Made by a program: the position numbers and the translations under genes. 64,000 nt of DNA from the human T2T-CHM13v2.0 reference genome, Homo sapiens. The notes under the pieces were generated by a model. The model saw nothing but the letters and a program-made list of their open reading frames with translations. It was not told where the DNA came from and searched no databases. Positions 13,607-26,757 of the stretch are shown here, piece after piece (position 1 is the first letter of the stretch; every line of letters starts with the position of its first letter). The stretch lies in NCBI RefSeq assembly GCF_009914755.1, contig NC_060935.1. The stretch is one strand, 5' to 3'.

Positions 13607-13731
13607 TTATTTTAAATTGACAAATAAAAATTGTATATATTTATCATGTACAATGTGTTGTTTTGAAATATGTATTCATTGTGGAATGGCTACATCAAGC
13701 TAATTAACACATACATCACCTCATATATTTA
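13607..13731 (-). mobile_element. L1MA-type 3' UTR fragment
   Basis: ttgacaaataaaaattgtatatatttatcatgtacaa...tcaagctaattaacacatacatcacctca is the reverse L1MA 3' end. Confidence 0.75.
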
Positions 13732-14070
13732 TTGAAAATATATATTTTAAGTCATTTACGGAGTGCTGATATTTCTAAAACACATTGGATAAAATCCGTG
13801 AATTGATATTCTAGGAACCTAACAACAGTAAATCACATTTCCCAAGCTGTGGTCCCAATCTCAGGCACTGAGAACATTTCATGAGATATCTGAGTGGGGC
13901 TCCCATTCAGAGCCCCAGTGAGAGGCACTCAATTCAGGGGACAGCTCACCCATAGCTTCAGAGAAAGAATATATCAGACAAAGAACTAGAATGCAGCAGC
14001 TAAAATTCCACTCAGAAAGGTTTAAGACAAGAAAATTTATTGAAGACAGTTCATAAAAATAGTCAAGATT

Positions 14071-15323
14071 CAAAAAGAAACAATGGGGAAAAGATTCCCT
14101 ATTCAGTAAATGGTGCTAGGATACTGACTAGCCATAAGCAGAAGACTGCTTTTTAACACCATATACAAAAATCAAGTGAAGATGGATTAAAGACTTAAAT
14201 GTAAAACCCAAAAGTATAAAAACCCTCGAAGACAACCTGGGCAATACCATCCTGGACCTAGGAATGGGCAAAGATTTCATGACAAAGACACCAAAAGCAA
14301 TCACGACAACAGCAAAAATTGATAAATGGGATTTAATTAAACTTAAGAGCTTCTGCACAGCAAAAGAAACTGTCAACAGAGTAAACAGACAACCTACAGA
14401 ATGGGAGAAAATATTTGCAAACTATCCATCTCAAAATGGTCTAATATCCAGAATTTATAAGGAACTTAAACAAATTTACAAGAGTAAAACAGCCGCATCA
14501 AAAAGTGGGCAAAGGGCATAAAGAGACACTTCTCAAAAAAAGACATACATGTGGCCAGCAAGCATATGAAAAAAACCTCAATAGCACTGACCATGAGAGA
14601 AATGCAAATCAAAACCACAATGACACACCATCTCACACCAGTCAGAATGGCTATTATCAAAAAATAACAAATTCTGGCAAGGTTGCAGAGAAAATGGAGT
14701 TGTTGGTGGGAGTGTAAATTAGTGCAACCATGTGGAAAGCAGTATGGTTATTCCTCAGAGAGCTAAAAGCGGAACTACCATTTGACCCAGCAATCCCATT
14801 ATTGAGTATATACCCAGAGGAATATAAAGCATTCTATCATAAAGACACATACACTCAAATGTTCATTGCAGCACTGTTCACAATAGCAAAGACATGGAAT
14901 CGACCTAAGTGCCCATCAATGACAGACTGTATAAAGAAAATGTGGTACATATATACCATGGAATATTATGCAGCCATAAAAAAAGAATGAGATCCTGTCG
15001 CAGGAACATGGATGAAGCTGGAGGCTATCATCCTTAGCAAACTAACATGGTAACAGAAAACCAAATACCGCACATTCTCGCTTTTAAGCGGAAGCTAAAT
15101 GATAAGAACTTATGGACACAAAGAAGGAAACAACAGACACTGGGGTCTACTGGAGATGGGAGGGGGAGAGGAGGGAAAGGAGCAGAAAAGATAACTATTG
15201 GACACTCAGCTTAATACCTGGGTGATGTAATAATATGTGTAATAAACCCCCATGACACGTGTTTATTTACGTAACAAATCTTCACATGTACCCCCACACC
15301 TAATATAAAAATAAAAATAAAAA
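14071..15323 (+). mobile_element. 5'-truncated L1 (old L1PA, about L1PA15/16): ORF2 C-terminus, 3' UTR and A-tail
   Basis: ORF fragments [35 protein letters not shown] and PFDPAIPLL..YP...MWYIYTMEYYAAIKK are L1 ORF2p. The 3' UTR includes agcagaaaagataactattgg and is followed by an A-rich tail. Confidence 0.95.
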
Positions 15324-15329
15324 CTGTCA

Positions 15330-15720
15330 AAGTTAAAGAGAACAATACAAAATATTGAGGTACTCAGAGGTGGGCAAGCAACAGCAAGAAAACTTTCCCA
15401 CGATTATGCCTGAAAAGTCACAGGGAGAAAATGGGGTCCTTAGGACCTGTGAGAGCCAGGGTCATGAAGGAAGTTGCACCCACCAGCAGCTGTAGTCACA
15501 GAGAAAGAAGCTATTACCAAAAAACCAGAAGGAAGGGGAGAGACATACTCCAACTTTTCTCTCCACTTACCAGCATGTTTCTTCTTGTCACCTCCCATCA
15601 GCCAAACCCTACCAGAGAGCAGAGGGCAAGGAACCCCTGAAGACATCAGGAGGGCCAGACTTCAGGTCACAGGACCGAACACTGAAGCAGGAGAAAGATG
15701 GTAAAAGACTTCAACCAGCA
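15330..15720. mobile_element. Old ERVL-type LTR fragment (LTR33/LTR41-like)
   Basis: cctcccatcagccaaaccctaccagagagcagagggcaaggaaccc resembles a motif of this LTR group. Subfamily uncertain. Confidence 0.45.
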
Positions 15721-16633
15721 CACCAGTGTTTTTGAGTCTTGGCTTCTGTGCTAACTATGTGAAACTGGGCAAGTTACTTTCCCTCTTCGAGTCTTCCTCT
15801 CCTTAGTGGGCTAAGTGAAATAATAGATAAGGATTTAACATCGTGATTATAAACATAATGGATGTTCTGTAAACGTTTGCTGAATATAAACCTGAATTAA
15901 AATGGTAGTGCCTTGTGGCACTGGGTTGAAAGAATTTGATTTACAGTTTTGTAGGCAAGGTGAGAGCCATGAATGAAGCCCAATTTCTTAAAGAGCTAAG
16001 CTAAATATAGTTACGTTCCTTAGAAGCTAAATTATGGCTTCAGATCTAAAGATCAAGTCAAACCTCAACGTCCCTACAGCCTTAAGTGGTTATTTAGTTG
16101 GAATCTCAAACAACAATAAGGGTTTTAAAATATATTAACAGTTATATATTTAATATTTGGTGCTCAAAATCCAAAGAAGGTATTTAAGTGACATATTGCT
16201 TACTGACTCATGTCAGGAGACTACAGGTTGGTGGTAGGCTGATCTTGGGGAAGCTGCCTTTTTTAGAAATGGTCTCTAGCACAATAAGTGAGTCATACTC
16301 CACCAAGCATCCAGGCACAGTAGCCTGACCCAACCAGAATTAATATAACTTCTTTTTGTCCTAGAGAGAGAAATTGAATTCTCTAGGCACTGAGTGAAAC
16401 ATGTTCATAGCAGCTTTCCAGAGAAGGAAGCCCAGACATTTCTGTTACTGAGACTCCTAAACAGCCATTGACTCCTGAGTCTTGAGTTGTTTACTTCTCT
16501 TTTCATGACACAACATACTTCAATACTTTCTAATAACTTATTTTTAAAAAAATTTAAAGTAGTTACTATCAGTTTTTATTGTTAGCAACAACAAGAACTT
16601 AAGCTAATATGATATTTTCTATCTTCATTTATT

Positions 16634-16840
16634 TAAGGTTTCTCCCTTGGACCTATTCACATTTTGGACAATTGGGTGTTGTAGGGGCCTGCCCTGTGTG
16701 TTGTAGGGGGATTGGCAGCATCCCTGCCCTCTACCCATTAGATGCTAGTAGCAACTCCCGACTGTCACAATCAAAAATGTTCCAAGGCAATGCCAAATAT
16801 CTTCTGGAGGGACACGATTGTCCCCAGCTGAGAGCCGCTG
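16634..16840 (-). mobile_element. MER20 (hAT-Charlie MITE)
   Basis: ggcagcatccctgccctctacccattagatgctagtagc...gtcacaatcaaaaatg...gccaaat...gagagccgctg is the reverse MER20 consensus. Confidence 0.9.
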
Positions 16841-16964
16841 ATGTAGACTAACAGGAAGCTACACACGGACAAGAAACAATACTTATCTTTGTATACTGTT
16901 TTCAGGTAGGAAGGTCCTAGGTTTAAAATATCATTTTAAAGTTGATTCAAATCAACTTTATGGC

Positions 16965-17130
16965 TTAAATCCTAGTTCTACAACTTGCTATGTGACCTTA
17001 GATAAATTATTTAACCTAAGTCGCTGATTCCCCACTTTCAAAATGAAGATGATAATTAAACTGCGCTAATAATTGCACAGAGTTAATAGGATAGTGTATG
17101 AGTACAAAGGGTCTGACACATAGTAGGACT
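16965..17130 (+). mobile_element. MIR SINE
   Basis: aaatcctagttctacaacttgctatgtgaccttagataaattatttaacct...aaaatgaagatgataa. Confidence 0.7.
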
Positions 17131-19416
17131 TCAACTAGAGCCAGTATAGGTCGCCTTTCCTCAGCATTAGTGCATTCCACTTAGAAATAATTCAGTCATT
17201 CTTTACTAAATAAAGAAACGGTTTAAAAGCCTGTAGCCGTGTATATGAATACGTATATGGTCATTTCCAATACTTCTGCTTGCTTATAATAAAATTTCAA
17301 TTAAGCAAGAGAGAGAGACCAAACTCTTGTTTGCTCACAAATATCAGGGTAATTAATAATGATGGGAAACAAATACCCTGGTGTTTAATAGGAAATTTAG
17401 CAAAATATTATATTTTCCCTGTTTGCTATATGTAGACGTGGTCTTCTAGGCAAACACAAAGTTGCATGCAAATCACCTATGTGCCAAGTTCTTAAAATAA
17501 CAAAGTCATAATCTTCCCAATGCCTGTGCAACTCCCAACTAGTAGACTGCATACAGTGATGACTTTCAGGCTCCTTAGATAGTAGAGATTCTACTGAATT
17601 GTTCTCCTAAATCAGACTTTTTTTCCCCAATTTTACCAACAAATTTATTAGCACCAAAAGGGTCCCAAATGATAACGTTGGTGGGAGGCATTTGGCATGT
17701 TGATGGGATGAACTTTAGTCAAACTTTGCAATGGAAAAGCCCAGAGGGAAGGGTTAGGATTGTTAACCTGAAAAAGAAGCAGAAAATATTCTAATTTCCT
17801 TCTCTTTCTATTTTGCTCCCTCCGTTTTTCTTGAATCTTTGAGAAGAAAGGGAAACCATGGTTGATATTTTGAAAAGAGGAGGAAAAAAGTCATTGCTCC
17901 ATTGATTCAACATCCATTGTGTACCTGCTTTATGCTGGTCATTCTTTAGGTGTTGGGAATACAATAATTCTACCAGCTCTGAAATCCCAAAATCACATTA
18001 CTATTAAACAAATGCTACATGAATTTCTCTGGTAGTTGTATATTTCTCTGTCTCTTTCTCTAGGGATAGAGATTTCTCTTTTTTCTATTTTAAAGTTTTT
18101 GGGGTAAGGAAGAGGTCTAACTTATAATTGTATGCCTACATCTGAACACAGCCTAGCACAGATCTGTGCTAGGCTTTAAGGCATATTAAGGCTATTCTGT
18201 TTAAATAAATGAATACATATTTGGTACTATTCCTGACACGTGTATTTTATACCCTTGTATATTAAGTAATCATTAGATACTTTAAACTTAATTTAATGCA
18301 ATAAATATATGTTGTCCACTATTCTTCTCTATGTGGTATGAGGTAGGAAACAAAGATAAATTTAACAACTACCTTGACCTCAAGGTACCTTGACAACAAC
18401 AAAAGACTGAAAAGAAAGAGCAGGCAGCAAAGCAGCTTTCTGAAAGCTTAGGGTTCCTGCAGGAATTCAAAGCCGTGAAATAGGCATTTAATTTAAGCTA
18501 ATTTGGCTAGTTCTGCAGTATAATAGTATCTCTTAATTTTGGACAAAGCTGTCTTTGATATCAATAGCTGTACCAGGGGAGACTCTATACAGCCTTCATT
18601 ATCAGCTCCCAATATTGGGGCTATTGATTATGTCTTTCATTTTAAAAGCCATGAGGGAGAGAGATGTCTCATCTCTGCAAGTATCAGCATAGTCAAAGGA
18701 ACTTGCATCTTTTGACTTATCCCTTTGGGATAACTATTTGCTTTAAAGATAGTCTGTAACCCACTTTGAGCAGCTTGATGTTAGAGAAGAGCTTGGCAAA
18801 GTACTTCACTCATACAGATGAAGGTGCCATCCTCTTGCTTCTGCTCATTTTCATTTCACAGGCCCGTTTCTAATCTGGTAGGAGAAGCGGACACAATCGC
18901 TCAGTCGGGTTTCTTTCTCCCTCCAGAGAAGCATTTTACTTTGTATTTAAGCAAAAATAGACACTATAAATGTCCTCTATAAGCTCTCTTTCTGCAAATA
19001 TAATTGCTGGCTTTTAAAAAAAAGTCCATTTGTAGGGTAGATTTATTCATTAAACTCATTTATTAAGTAATTTGTTCACTAAGTAATTTATTTATTCAGT
19101 CCAGTTTCTATGCCAGCCCTTGCACTAAGCATTAAACCTCAGGGAATAGAGGTGATGGTGGAGAGGGGCTGGTGGGACACGGTCTGTGGAGAGAGCACCA
19201 CATAAGAAAGGGAAATCACTATGCAGACTGTAGAATGATCCCAGTGCTCTGGAGTTTATAGAAATAATGTGAGCAATGACAATAGAGATATAAACTGGGA
19301 ACTGTTCATCAAGGAATGGAGGCCATGTGAAAGAGATTGGATTTTGTATGAAAGATGGTGGAAAGCCAGGGAAAGCTAGGTGTTTTTAAATCATCAGTCT
19401 ATCAGCACTATAGAAC

Positions 19417-19720
19417 TACACTACGTAATATGGCAGCCAATAAGCGGAACCACGGGTGTCTACCAAGCACTTAAAATGTGGGTAGCCTGAATTACTATAT
19501 GCTGTTAAGTGTAAAAGACACACTGGATTTCAAACACTTAAATACAAAGGAATATAAAATATATTACTATTAAGTTTTAGATATGTAAGAAAGATATTTT
19601 GTATATTGTGCATTAAGTATGTTATATACAATTAATAGCACTTATTTTTTCTTGTTTCTTACTTTTTTAATGTGGCTATGAGAAAATTTAAAATTACACA
19701 TGTGGCTCACATATTTCTCA
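19417..19720 (-). mobile_element. MER33 (hAT-Charlie)
   Basis: agcacttaaaatgtgggtag...gtgtaaaagacacactggatttcaaacactta...aaattacacatgtggctcacat is the reverse MER33 consensus. Confidence 0.8.
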
Positions 19721-19801
19721 CAATGTATTTTAAAAATTCCTGGGCTAGATGAGAGATGACAGACACCTAGACAGAGGAAATGATATAAAAATGAAGGGAG
19801 A

Positions 19802-20119
19802 GGCAGGGCGCAATGACTCATGCCTGTAATCCTAGTACCTTGGGAGGCCGAGGCGGGTGTATCACCTGAGGTCAGGAGTTTGAGACCAGCCTGGCCAACA
19901 TGGCAAAACCACGTCTCTACTAAAAATACAAAAAAAAAAAATTAGCCGGGCGTGGTGGCGAGCGCCTGTAATCCCAGCTACTCTAGAGGCTGAGGCAGGA
20001 GAATCGGTTGAACCCTAGGGGCGGAGGTTGCAATGAGCTGAGATTGCAAGCCTGGGTGACAGAGTGAGACTCTGTCTCAAAAATAATAATAATAACAATA
20101 ATAATAATAATAATAATAA
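19802..20119 (+). mobile_element. Alu (AluS) with an (AAT)n microsatellite tail
   Basis: Dimeric Alu with a short right-arm deletion (gattgcaagcctggg). (AAT)n at about 20081-20119. TSD aagggaga. Confidence 0.95.
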
Positions 20120-20439
20120 AGGGAGAGTAGATTATTTTACATTTATTTGGAATTGTGGACCTAAAGTTAATATATATATATATACACTTAGGCAGCCAAA
20201 TGCATCTTCAAGAGGCACTAAGGTAATGCAGATATTTTTGCCACAACTTACATGTAGATCTTTCCTAAACCTCAGCTGCTTAGAGCAGCTATTACGGTTG
20301 AGGGAAACATGAAATAAGTTTTCTTTTTCTAATCTTCCTTGAGAAAACATACTTTTCTACCAAAGAAATAAGGACATCTTACCCACCCTAGCTTGCATAA
20401 GGTGCATTGCTCCAGCAGGAAAAAAACCTCATGGGCTCC

Positions 20440-21530
20440 AAACAAGGACAACTCAAAAGATTACTGAATAGATGCGAAATTGAAGGGCCAGAGTCTGGGT
20501 AATAAATCCTTTGGCAATGTGGTTGTCTATTCTTTGTTTTCAAAGACATTGAAGAAGGACTTAATAAAACTGTCAACTGATGAATCACTAACAATATTTT
20601 TTGATGAAAGATCACACTATCACACTATGATCTTTGGGATATTATTCAGAAAAAGATAAAAAAATTGAAGAAATTTTCTGTGACAAACTCTATCCATTCT
20701 TATCCACTTATATATGTGAAAAAATTGTTTAGTGTTTACATTTAGAAAGCACATAGAAAAATAAGGATAGAATTGATATTGAATCTTGTTTCATTCTATC
20801 CATAGGTAATAGTCATCCATGAATATATAAACTAATTTAAAAAGTCATTTCTCTGATTGAGATACATTTCCAGTAAAATTTTGCTTTTTATGTAATTATT
20901 TACTTTTCTATTTAATTATTTGCTTTTATATTTAATTATTTGCTTTTATATTTCAATATTTATTAGAGTTAAAAATATAGGTATGTGGTTTTGATTAATG
21001 TATACATAATAAATATAGTAATAATTGCATCTAGAAGAAAAAAATTAACACTTAGGGTTTTAAGTTCCAATAAAAGGAAAATATCTAATATTCATATACA
21101 TGTATATATATTTCTTTTAGAGACATTTGATAGGTTAATCAATAAAAGCTTTCAAGCATAACAAATAAATTACATTAGGATAAAATTCTGTAGGGGAAGT
21201 GAATTGGAAATGCAAGTTCAAGGAGAAAAAGTAGCAAGTAAGACTTCTTGTTATAAAAGAGCTTGTTCATGTATTTTTAAAACGGATGATGGTGGGTATG
21301 AAAATCACCCTAGTATTTAGATTCCATTGAATACATTTAGAAGAGTGATGTAACAGTTTTACATTTAAATGCTAGTTTTTACAATGTGCTGTAAAGTGCA
21401 TCCCCCGCAACCATTTACATTTATCATGAAAAATTGTAGATACTGACTAAAAAATGCGTGACGGGTTGTGCAGTTATTTTTTTGTAATTCTACTGTAGGC
21501 TGTGTGAACTCAATGGTTTGAAGACCACTG
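20440..21530 (+). mobile_element. hAT-Charlie DNA transposon 3' part (Charlie7-like)
   Basis: 20694-20720 encodes PFLSTYICE followed by an NKDRIDIE-like stretch (hAT dimerisation domain). Ends tttgaagaccactg, a hAT terminal inverted repeat. Confidence 0.7.
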
Positions 21531-23199
21531 ATTTAGATGACAGATTCAAAATGGGTTTGGTGACCTATTTAGCATGTGGTGAAGAAAAAAACACCTGCCA
21601 TGAAGGAGACAGGACCTTGGGCATTGCCGGGCACTCCCCAGAAGATCAGTCCTGATCGAAGACACATTGGTGATTTCCTGCAGTGCACTTCTTCACTGCA
21701 AGCAACTGTGCTATATACACTCCTGGCTTCCTGGCACTAAGTACCAGTAGCAATTTCTTTTTCTCCTCAAGACACCTCAAAGTGCCTCACACATTTCTAA
21801 GCAGTGCCTTCGATGGCAATCTTTGCCCTGGCTAATAACCAGTACAGGAAGCATTTCCACTCCTGTTTCAGCAGAAGCATTGCAGAGACCTTCAAGAAAG
21901 ATGTTGGTACTGTTTTTGGCTCCAGCTTGGTTTGTCAGGGGGTCTTTCAAGAACCAGTATGTGTGCATCACTCTGTCACACCAGAACACTAATATGACAT
22001 GAGAGAGATGGCTCCAAGTTTCCATCCAGATAATAGTGGAATTATCCTCCTAAAAGGGACTTAGAGCTCAGACCATCATTTTTTCTGCACCCCTGGAAGC
22101 ACACCTGCTCCACCCATCAATATTTGATGGCTATTGAAGGGAAGACAGAACAGACATGCTGTCAGAACTTATCAAGGAAAGAGCAAGAAGCAAGCTTGAA
22201 CTTGCATTGGAATTGCCCAGGGGAAGTCTGAGTAATTGGGAGATTGCTCCCTCTTCGTCTAGCAGAATCTGATGTAAACAGCCAGTGGTGGGTGAGGGAG
22301 ATCTATGGATGAGCAGGGGAGGTTGGAAGACGGGGAGAGGGTGATTCCATGTGCTATAAAATCAGGCACAGGGAAAACATGTCTAAAATAATATGCCCAG
22401 CGTCTGTGATTTCTGTCTCAAGTTTCAGCAGCTACAGCTCATTTCATATGTTACAGTTAATAGAGATTGCTGGCCCTTCCTCTGGGTTACTTTTCCTGAC
22501 ACCCCTATTCACCCGAAGCTGGTTTAGGCATCCTTCTCCTACTGTACTTCAGATCACTCTCTGATTCCTTTTATAATATACGTGTTTACACTCTTGGTGT
22601 GTGGCCAGTCTTCAGGGATAAAAGAAAAAGGTAAAGAAAGAGTTGCTGTAAGATCAGAGGTAAAAGTTGGAATAGAATTCAAAGCCTCTAACTCTCTCAT
22701 GTGCTTTTTCTCTGTGGCTTTCTCATCAGCTTGCTCTGAACTTATGTTCTGTTGTTTTTGGTTATTTCTTGATACATGTCCCATCTTCACATATAATTTA
22801 CATGTGTCTGTAGTTGTGGTGGTAGTGAATACAGCTATCCAGCTGAGTATTTTAAAATCAAGGAGTTTGTGGCAGTGAGCATCTATGTTGGGCCCAGTGC
22901 TCTCTAGAGACCTGTGTGGAAAGGAGGGAGTCACGAAACCACCCATCAACATTCCCATGACACAAACGGTGTGCCAGGCTAAGCCTGTGCTAAATACAGG
23001 ACATTAACAAAGAAAAGAACGTGCTATTCAGACAGAAGCTCGTGACAGGGAAAGGCAACATAATGAAGAGCTCTATAAAATAACACATCTGGAAGTACCT
23101 ACAAATGAAATAGAAACTTAGCATAAACCTACGGAGAAGCTTAAAGAGGCAAAGAATGAGACACATTTCGAAAATAAAGTAGCATTAAAGGCATTTTAT

Positions 23200-23540
23200 G
23201 AGCTATTTAAGAAGCATGCATGGCCCATGTCTCCTTCTTGGGAAGGGCCTCCTTTGTTCATTTCTGACATGTTTATGTCCAGTGATTTTTTCGCCACCAA
23301 GCCACAGATTTGTGGGTACCTGATTCAAGCTAAGCCAATTAGAATTTCTCCCTTCTCAGCACTGGAATTAAAAGACAAAAATGTAAACAAAAGATTCGGG
23401 AACTGGAGCGATAAGGCCAGGGCAAATCCAGAGGTGGTAGACATTTTCTGTCACTGATGACTAGGTGGTGAAACCAGTCTGCATAGAGAAGGTACGAAAG
23501 AAGGAGAGACAAAGAATGGCAGAGGTGAGAGACAATGTGG
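23200..23540. mobile_element. Old MaLR LTR fragment (MLT1-like)
   Basis: tgggtacctgattcaagctaagccaattaga resembles the MLT1 gggcacgtgacccaagctgggccaatcaga motif. Confidence 0.45.
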
Positions 23541-23546
23541 CCCCAG

Positions 23547-23571
23547 ACACACACACACACACACACACACC
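23547..23571. repeat. (CA)n microsatellite
   Basis: About 12 CA units. Confidence 0.95.
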
Positions 23572-24439
23572 CCTACACACAAAGGTTTGAGATCTGAGGT
23601 TCAGCTATGTTGCCTGCTATTGGGGTCTACACACAGGATCCCTGGCTGTGACAGTCATGTCATCCCAATCCCTTATCTTCAGAGGGGAAACAGTCCTACA
23701 GAAAAAAAGATGATATATTTACACTCTAATTAATCATTCAGGCCAGGCATACAGATCTGAGTTGTCTATGCTACTAGCTGGGTTTTATAGTAACGGAACA
23801 ACCAGTTTCAAAAGAGGTTGCTGATGTTTCTCCTGATTCCTTATTCCAGGTCCAGGAAAGCACATCCCAGTCAAAGAAACTTACAGAAGACAACTGTAGT
23901 CCAAGATTCTGAATGGATGCCGAGTCGCCAAGTAATTGGGGAAAAATGTGTGTGTTTATGTGTGTGTGTCTATATTTTCACCTACTCAATTTTGCAATGT
24001 GGCATTTAAACACTATATCTACAGGTCAAAAATTATTGCTTTTGGTCATAGGTCACAAAGTTTAAACTAAAAATACCACTTATTCATTGCAAATGCTCCA
24101 TTTAATTCCTGGCCCAATATCTGATCTATTAGAAACCCAGCTTCATGACAATCTGCCCAGGAGAGTCTTTTTCCCCCTGACTCTCACTAGATCTCCTAGA
24201 TCTCCTACTGCCTCTATGTAATCCAATCTGTCTCACTGGCCCCAAACTGAAATAGGGTCCTGAAGTGCTCTCTACAGAAATAAGAGGAGCCTTTATCCTA
24301 ACTAGACCTCTGACTGCTCTGAACAACCAGCTCCTCCTGGGAGTCTGCAAACCAGGTAACTGTCCTTGCTCAACCAGAGTTTCCAGGATCTCCTGGCAAA
24401 TCTTTGTTCCTCTCTGCTGGACTTTTAATCTCCTCTGGG

Positions 24440-26430
24440 CCTTCCTTTCTCCCTTGCCAAGTCTGAGTCCTGTAGTTGATCATCTAAACTCTCCTCCCTC
24501 CAGCATTTTCAACACTCTCTCATTCCTGTTATTCTGCCACTCCCCACTCATAAAACCCCAAGCCTAGCATGTGTTGTTTACTCCATGCCTTCACCTCAGC
24601 AGCTGAGTCCAGGTGTTTGGACTGGCACTAATGCACACTTAAGGTGATAATCTCAGCTGGCTGTTTGGCAATGTCCATTGGTCCTTTTCCTTGTGCTTAT
24701 CAGCAGCTGCTATCATTAAATCCAATTGAATCTACTCTCAGAACATGACTGAACCTCCTATATTATCAGGGATACCCGATGACCTCACATCCCATTTACC
24801 TCAATTCTCTACTAATTCCTTACTCCTACCACACTATCTACATCTATACTGGGTGATATGTCTTCCAGCCCACAGAGAAAGTGATTCTTTTTCTGCTCAA
24901 GGATAGCCTATTCACCTGGGCCCCCTCTTAAACCTTTAACCATGGGAGAACCACAATATTTCAGTTATCTCAAGATATGGGGTAGTTTTAGCCTCTTCTT
25001 TCCTATTGATTCACTGTCTTGAGCCTAAAAACAAACTCAAGTCTCCTGTAGCTGAACTCAATCAATTTCTGAGAGAATAAAGCTCAATGCCTCAAAGCAT
25101 CAATTGCATCTAATGAACTAACTTTGCACCTCTGCATCTAAACGGAAACTGTGCTTGCTAGGTTGCCCACAACCAGAAACCTATTAATAGATGACTCTCC
25201 AAGAAAAAAAGCATTTACCAATACTCATGGTATAAATACTCCCACCACAGTTGATTTCAAGCCACCAATATGATGTTATGAAACACAGAATTGGGAAGAG
25301 ATGTGGACACTATTATATAATATTTCCACCATCAGATATAAGAGGCATAAATGACCTTGAGATCATACATAGTAATAAAATGTATGAAAATAATTCAGAA
25401 GTGATGAGTTTTGAGTATTTATTACCTCTTTTTAAATGATTAATTTTATTATAAGTTTATATCGTTGGATTATTAATCATAGCTTCCCTTAACAACTGAC
25501 TTGCAAAATTCTAAAAATTTAAGAAGCAGCTCTAACAAGCCAGTAGCAATAGCTCCAACATAGCATTGGGTCAGGCTGTTAATGAACTCCCTTCTTCTTG
25601 AAACCTGATTGCTTCTATGCATCCTGCAATTCTACTTTGTCTGCAGTCTCTTCATGTCTTTTTAGTGGTGTCTTTTTTGTTCTCTGTGAGGTCTTTCTCT
25701 GCTCTCTGCCTAAGAAAATCGGTGCTACCAAAATTTCTGTATTCAATCAACTGATCTCACATTGTATACACTCTTTGATAGCTCTCCTTTATTCCTATTT
25801 TAATTTTGGCTAATAGTACCATTATTCACCCAGATGATTAAGGCAGACCACTGCAAGTCATCGTTGAACATTTCCAGTTCTTTCATATCCCACAATCATA
25901 TCTTATTTTACATCCTAAATATACCATGTAGCCTTTCCTCTGCTTCATTCCTGTGACAGTTGTTCTAATGCAGGCCCTTATCTTACTAAAACAGTTTTCA
26001 AATGAATCTAGATTTCTCCATTCTTGTCTATTCTCCTCAGCAGCTACCATAGTGATTTAGTAAAATTTATATATAATTATGACATTTCTTGATTAAATCC
26101 TTTCAATGGCTCCCCATTACCTACTGCATAATTACATTACAACATAAATCCATTCTTTATTTGGCCTCTGCCTAACCTCACCAGCCTCATCTTTCACTAC
26201 TTCCTTCTTTATTTATATTTTATGCTTTACCAATATCAAAATGATAATAATTGCCTCCACAACCAGCTCCTGCCCTCCTCTATGATTTAACTCAAGCTAT
26301 AAAATTTTTGTTCCTGGAATACCTTGCCCCATCAGTTTTCATCTGTCCATATCTCTATCCAATTTTAAGTCTTAGATCAGATACCACAATACCATCTCTC
26401 TTCCAGGAAAACATTCCTAATCCCCTATTA
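24440..26430 (+). mobile_element. Degraded L2 LINE (ORF2 to 3' region), interrupted by MER63
   Basis: C/T-rich L2 signatures: aaaaccccaagcctag...gcagctgag and aaatcctttcaatggctccccattacctac. Confidence 0.6.
25180..25569 (-). mobile_element. MER63 (hAT-Blackjack; MER63B-like)
   Basis: ggtataaatactcccaccac...gatttcaagccacc...gaagtgatgagttttgagtatttattacct...gctccaacatagcattgg is the reverse MER63 consensus. Confidence 0.85.
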
Positions 26431-26439
26431 TGGACTAAG

Positions 26440-26757
26440 TGTCTGGGGCAGCATGAAAACGAGACAGTCACATCACCTGCTCTGGGGCATATGATGGACT
26501 GATGGCCCCAGATCCTACCCCTTTGGATACGCCAGTGTATCCCTGTTGAGGTCATGTTCTGTGCAAGTTGCTACAGGCCAATTACAGAGTATACTGGAGA
26601 AACTAAGACACTCCCATTCTTATGGGAAGCAGTATTCCTCCAGTGAATGACTTTGATTTGCCCTGGCTGAACTTTTCTGGAATTACAGTGCAGTCTAAGA
26701 TACTTTATTTTCCAAGTCTCCTTCCTTCCCTCTCCTTCCACAGGTGTAAGTCAGCAA
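26440..26757 (+). mobile_element. LTR16-like (ERVL) fragment
   Basis: ccccagatcctacccctttggat...gcagtctaaga...ttccttccctctccttccacaggtgtaag. Confidence 0.65.

Noticed and set aside
14128-14990. ORFs with clear protein similarity
   Set aside because: Frameshifted L1 ORF2 remnants of a truncated L1 and their antisense frames.
16890-16912. Possible recursive splice site ttttcag|gtagga (also minus-strand ttttaacag|gtaaga near 28250)
   Set aside because: The first has a weak regenerated donor and the second a poor pyrimidine tract; such matches are expected by chance in 64 kb.
20885-20953. Regularly spaced 20-bp repeats (ttaattatttgcttttatat) as a possible CRISPR-like array
   Set aside because: Head-to-tail AT-rich tandem copies with no spacers, inside a eukaryotic DNA transposon.
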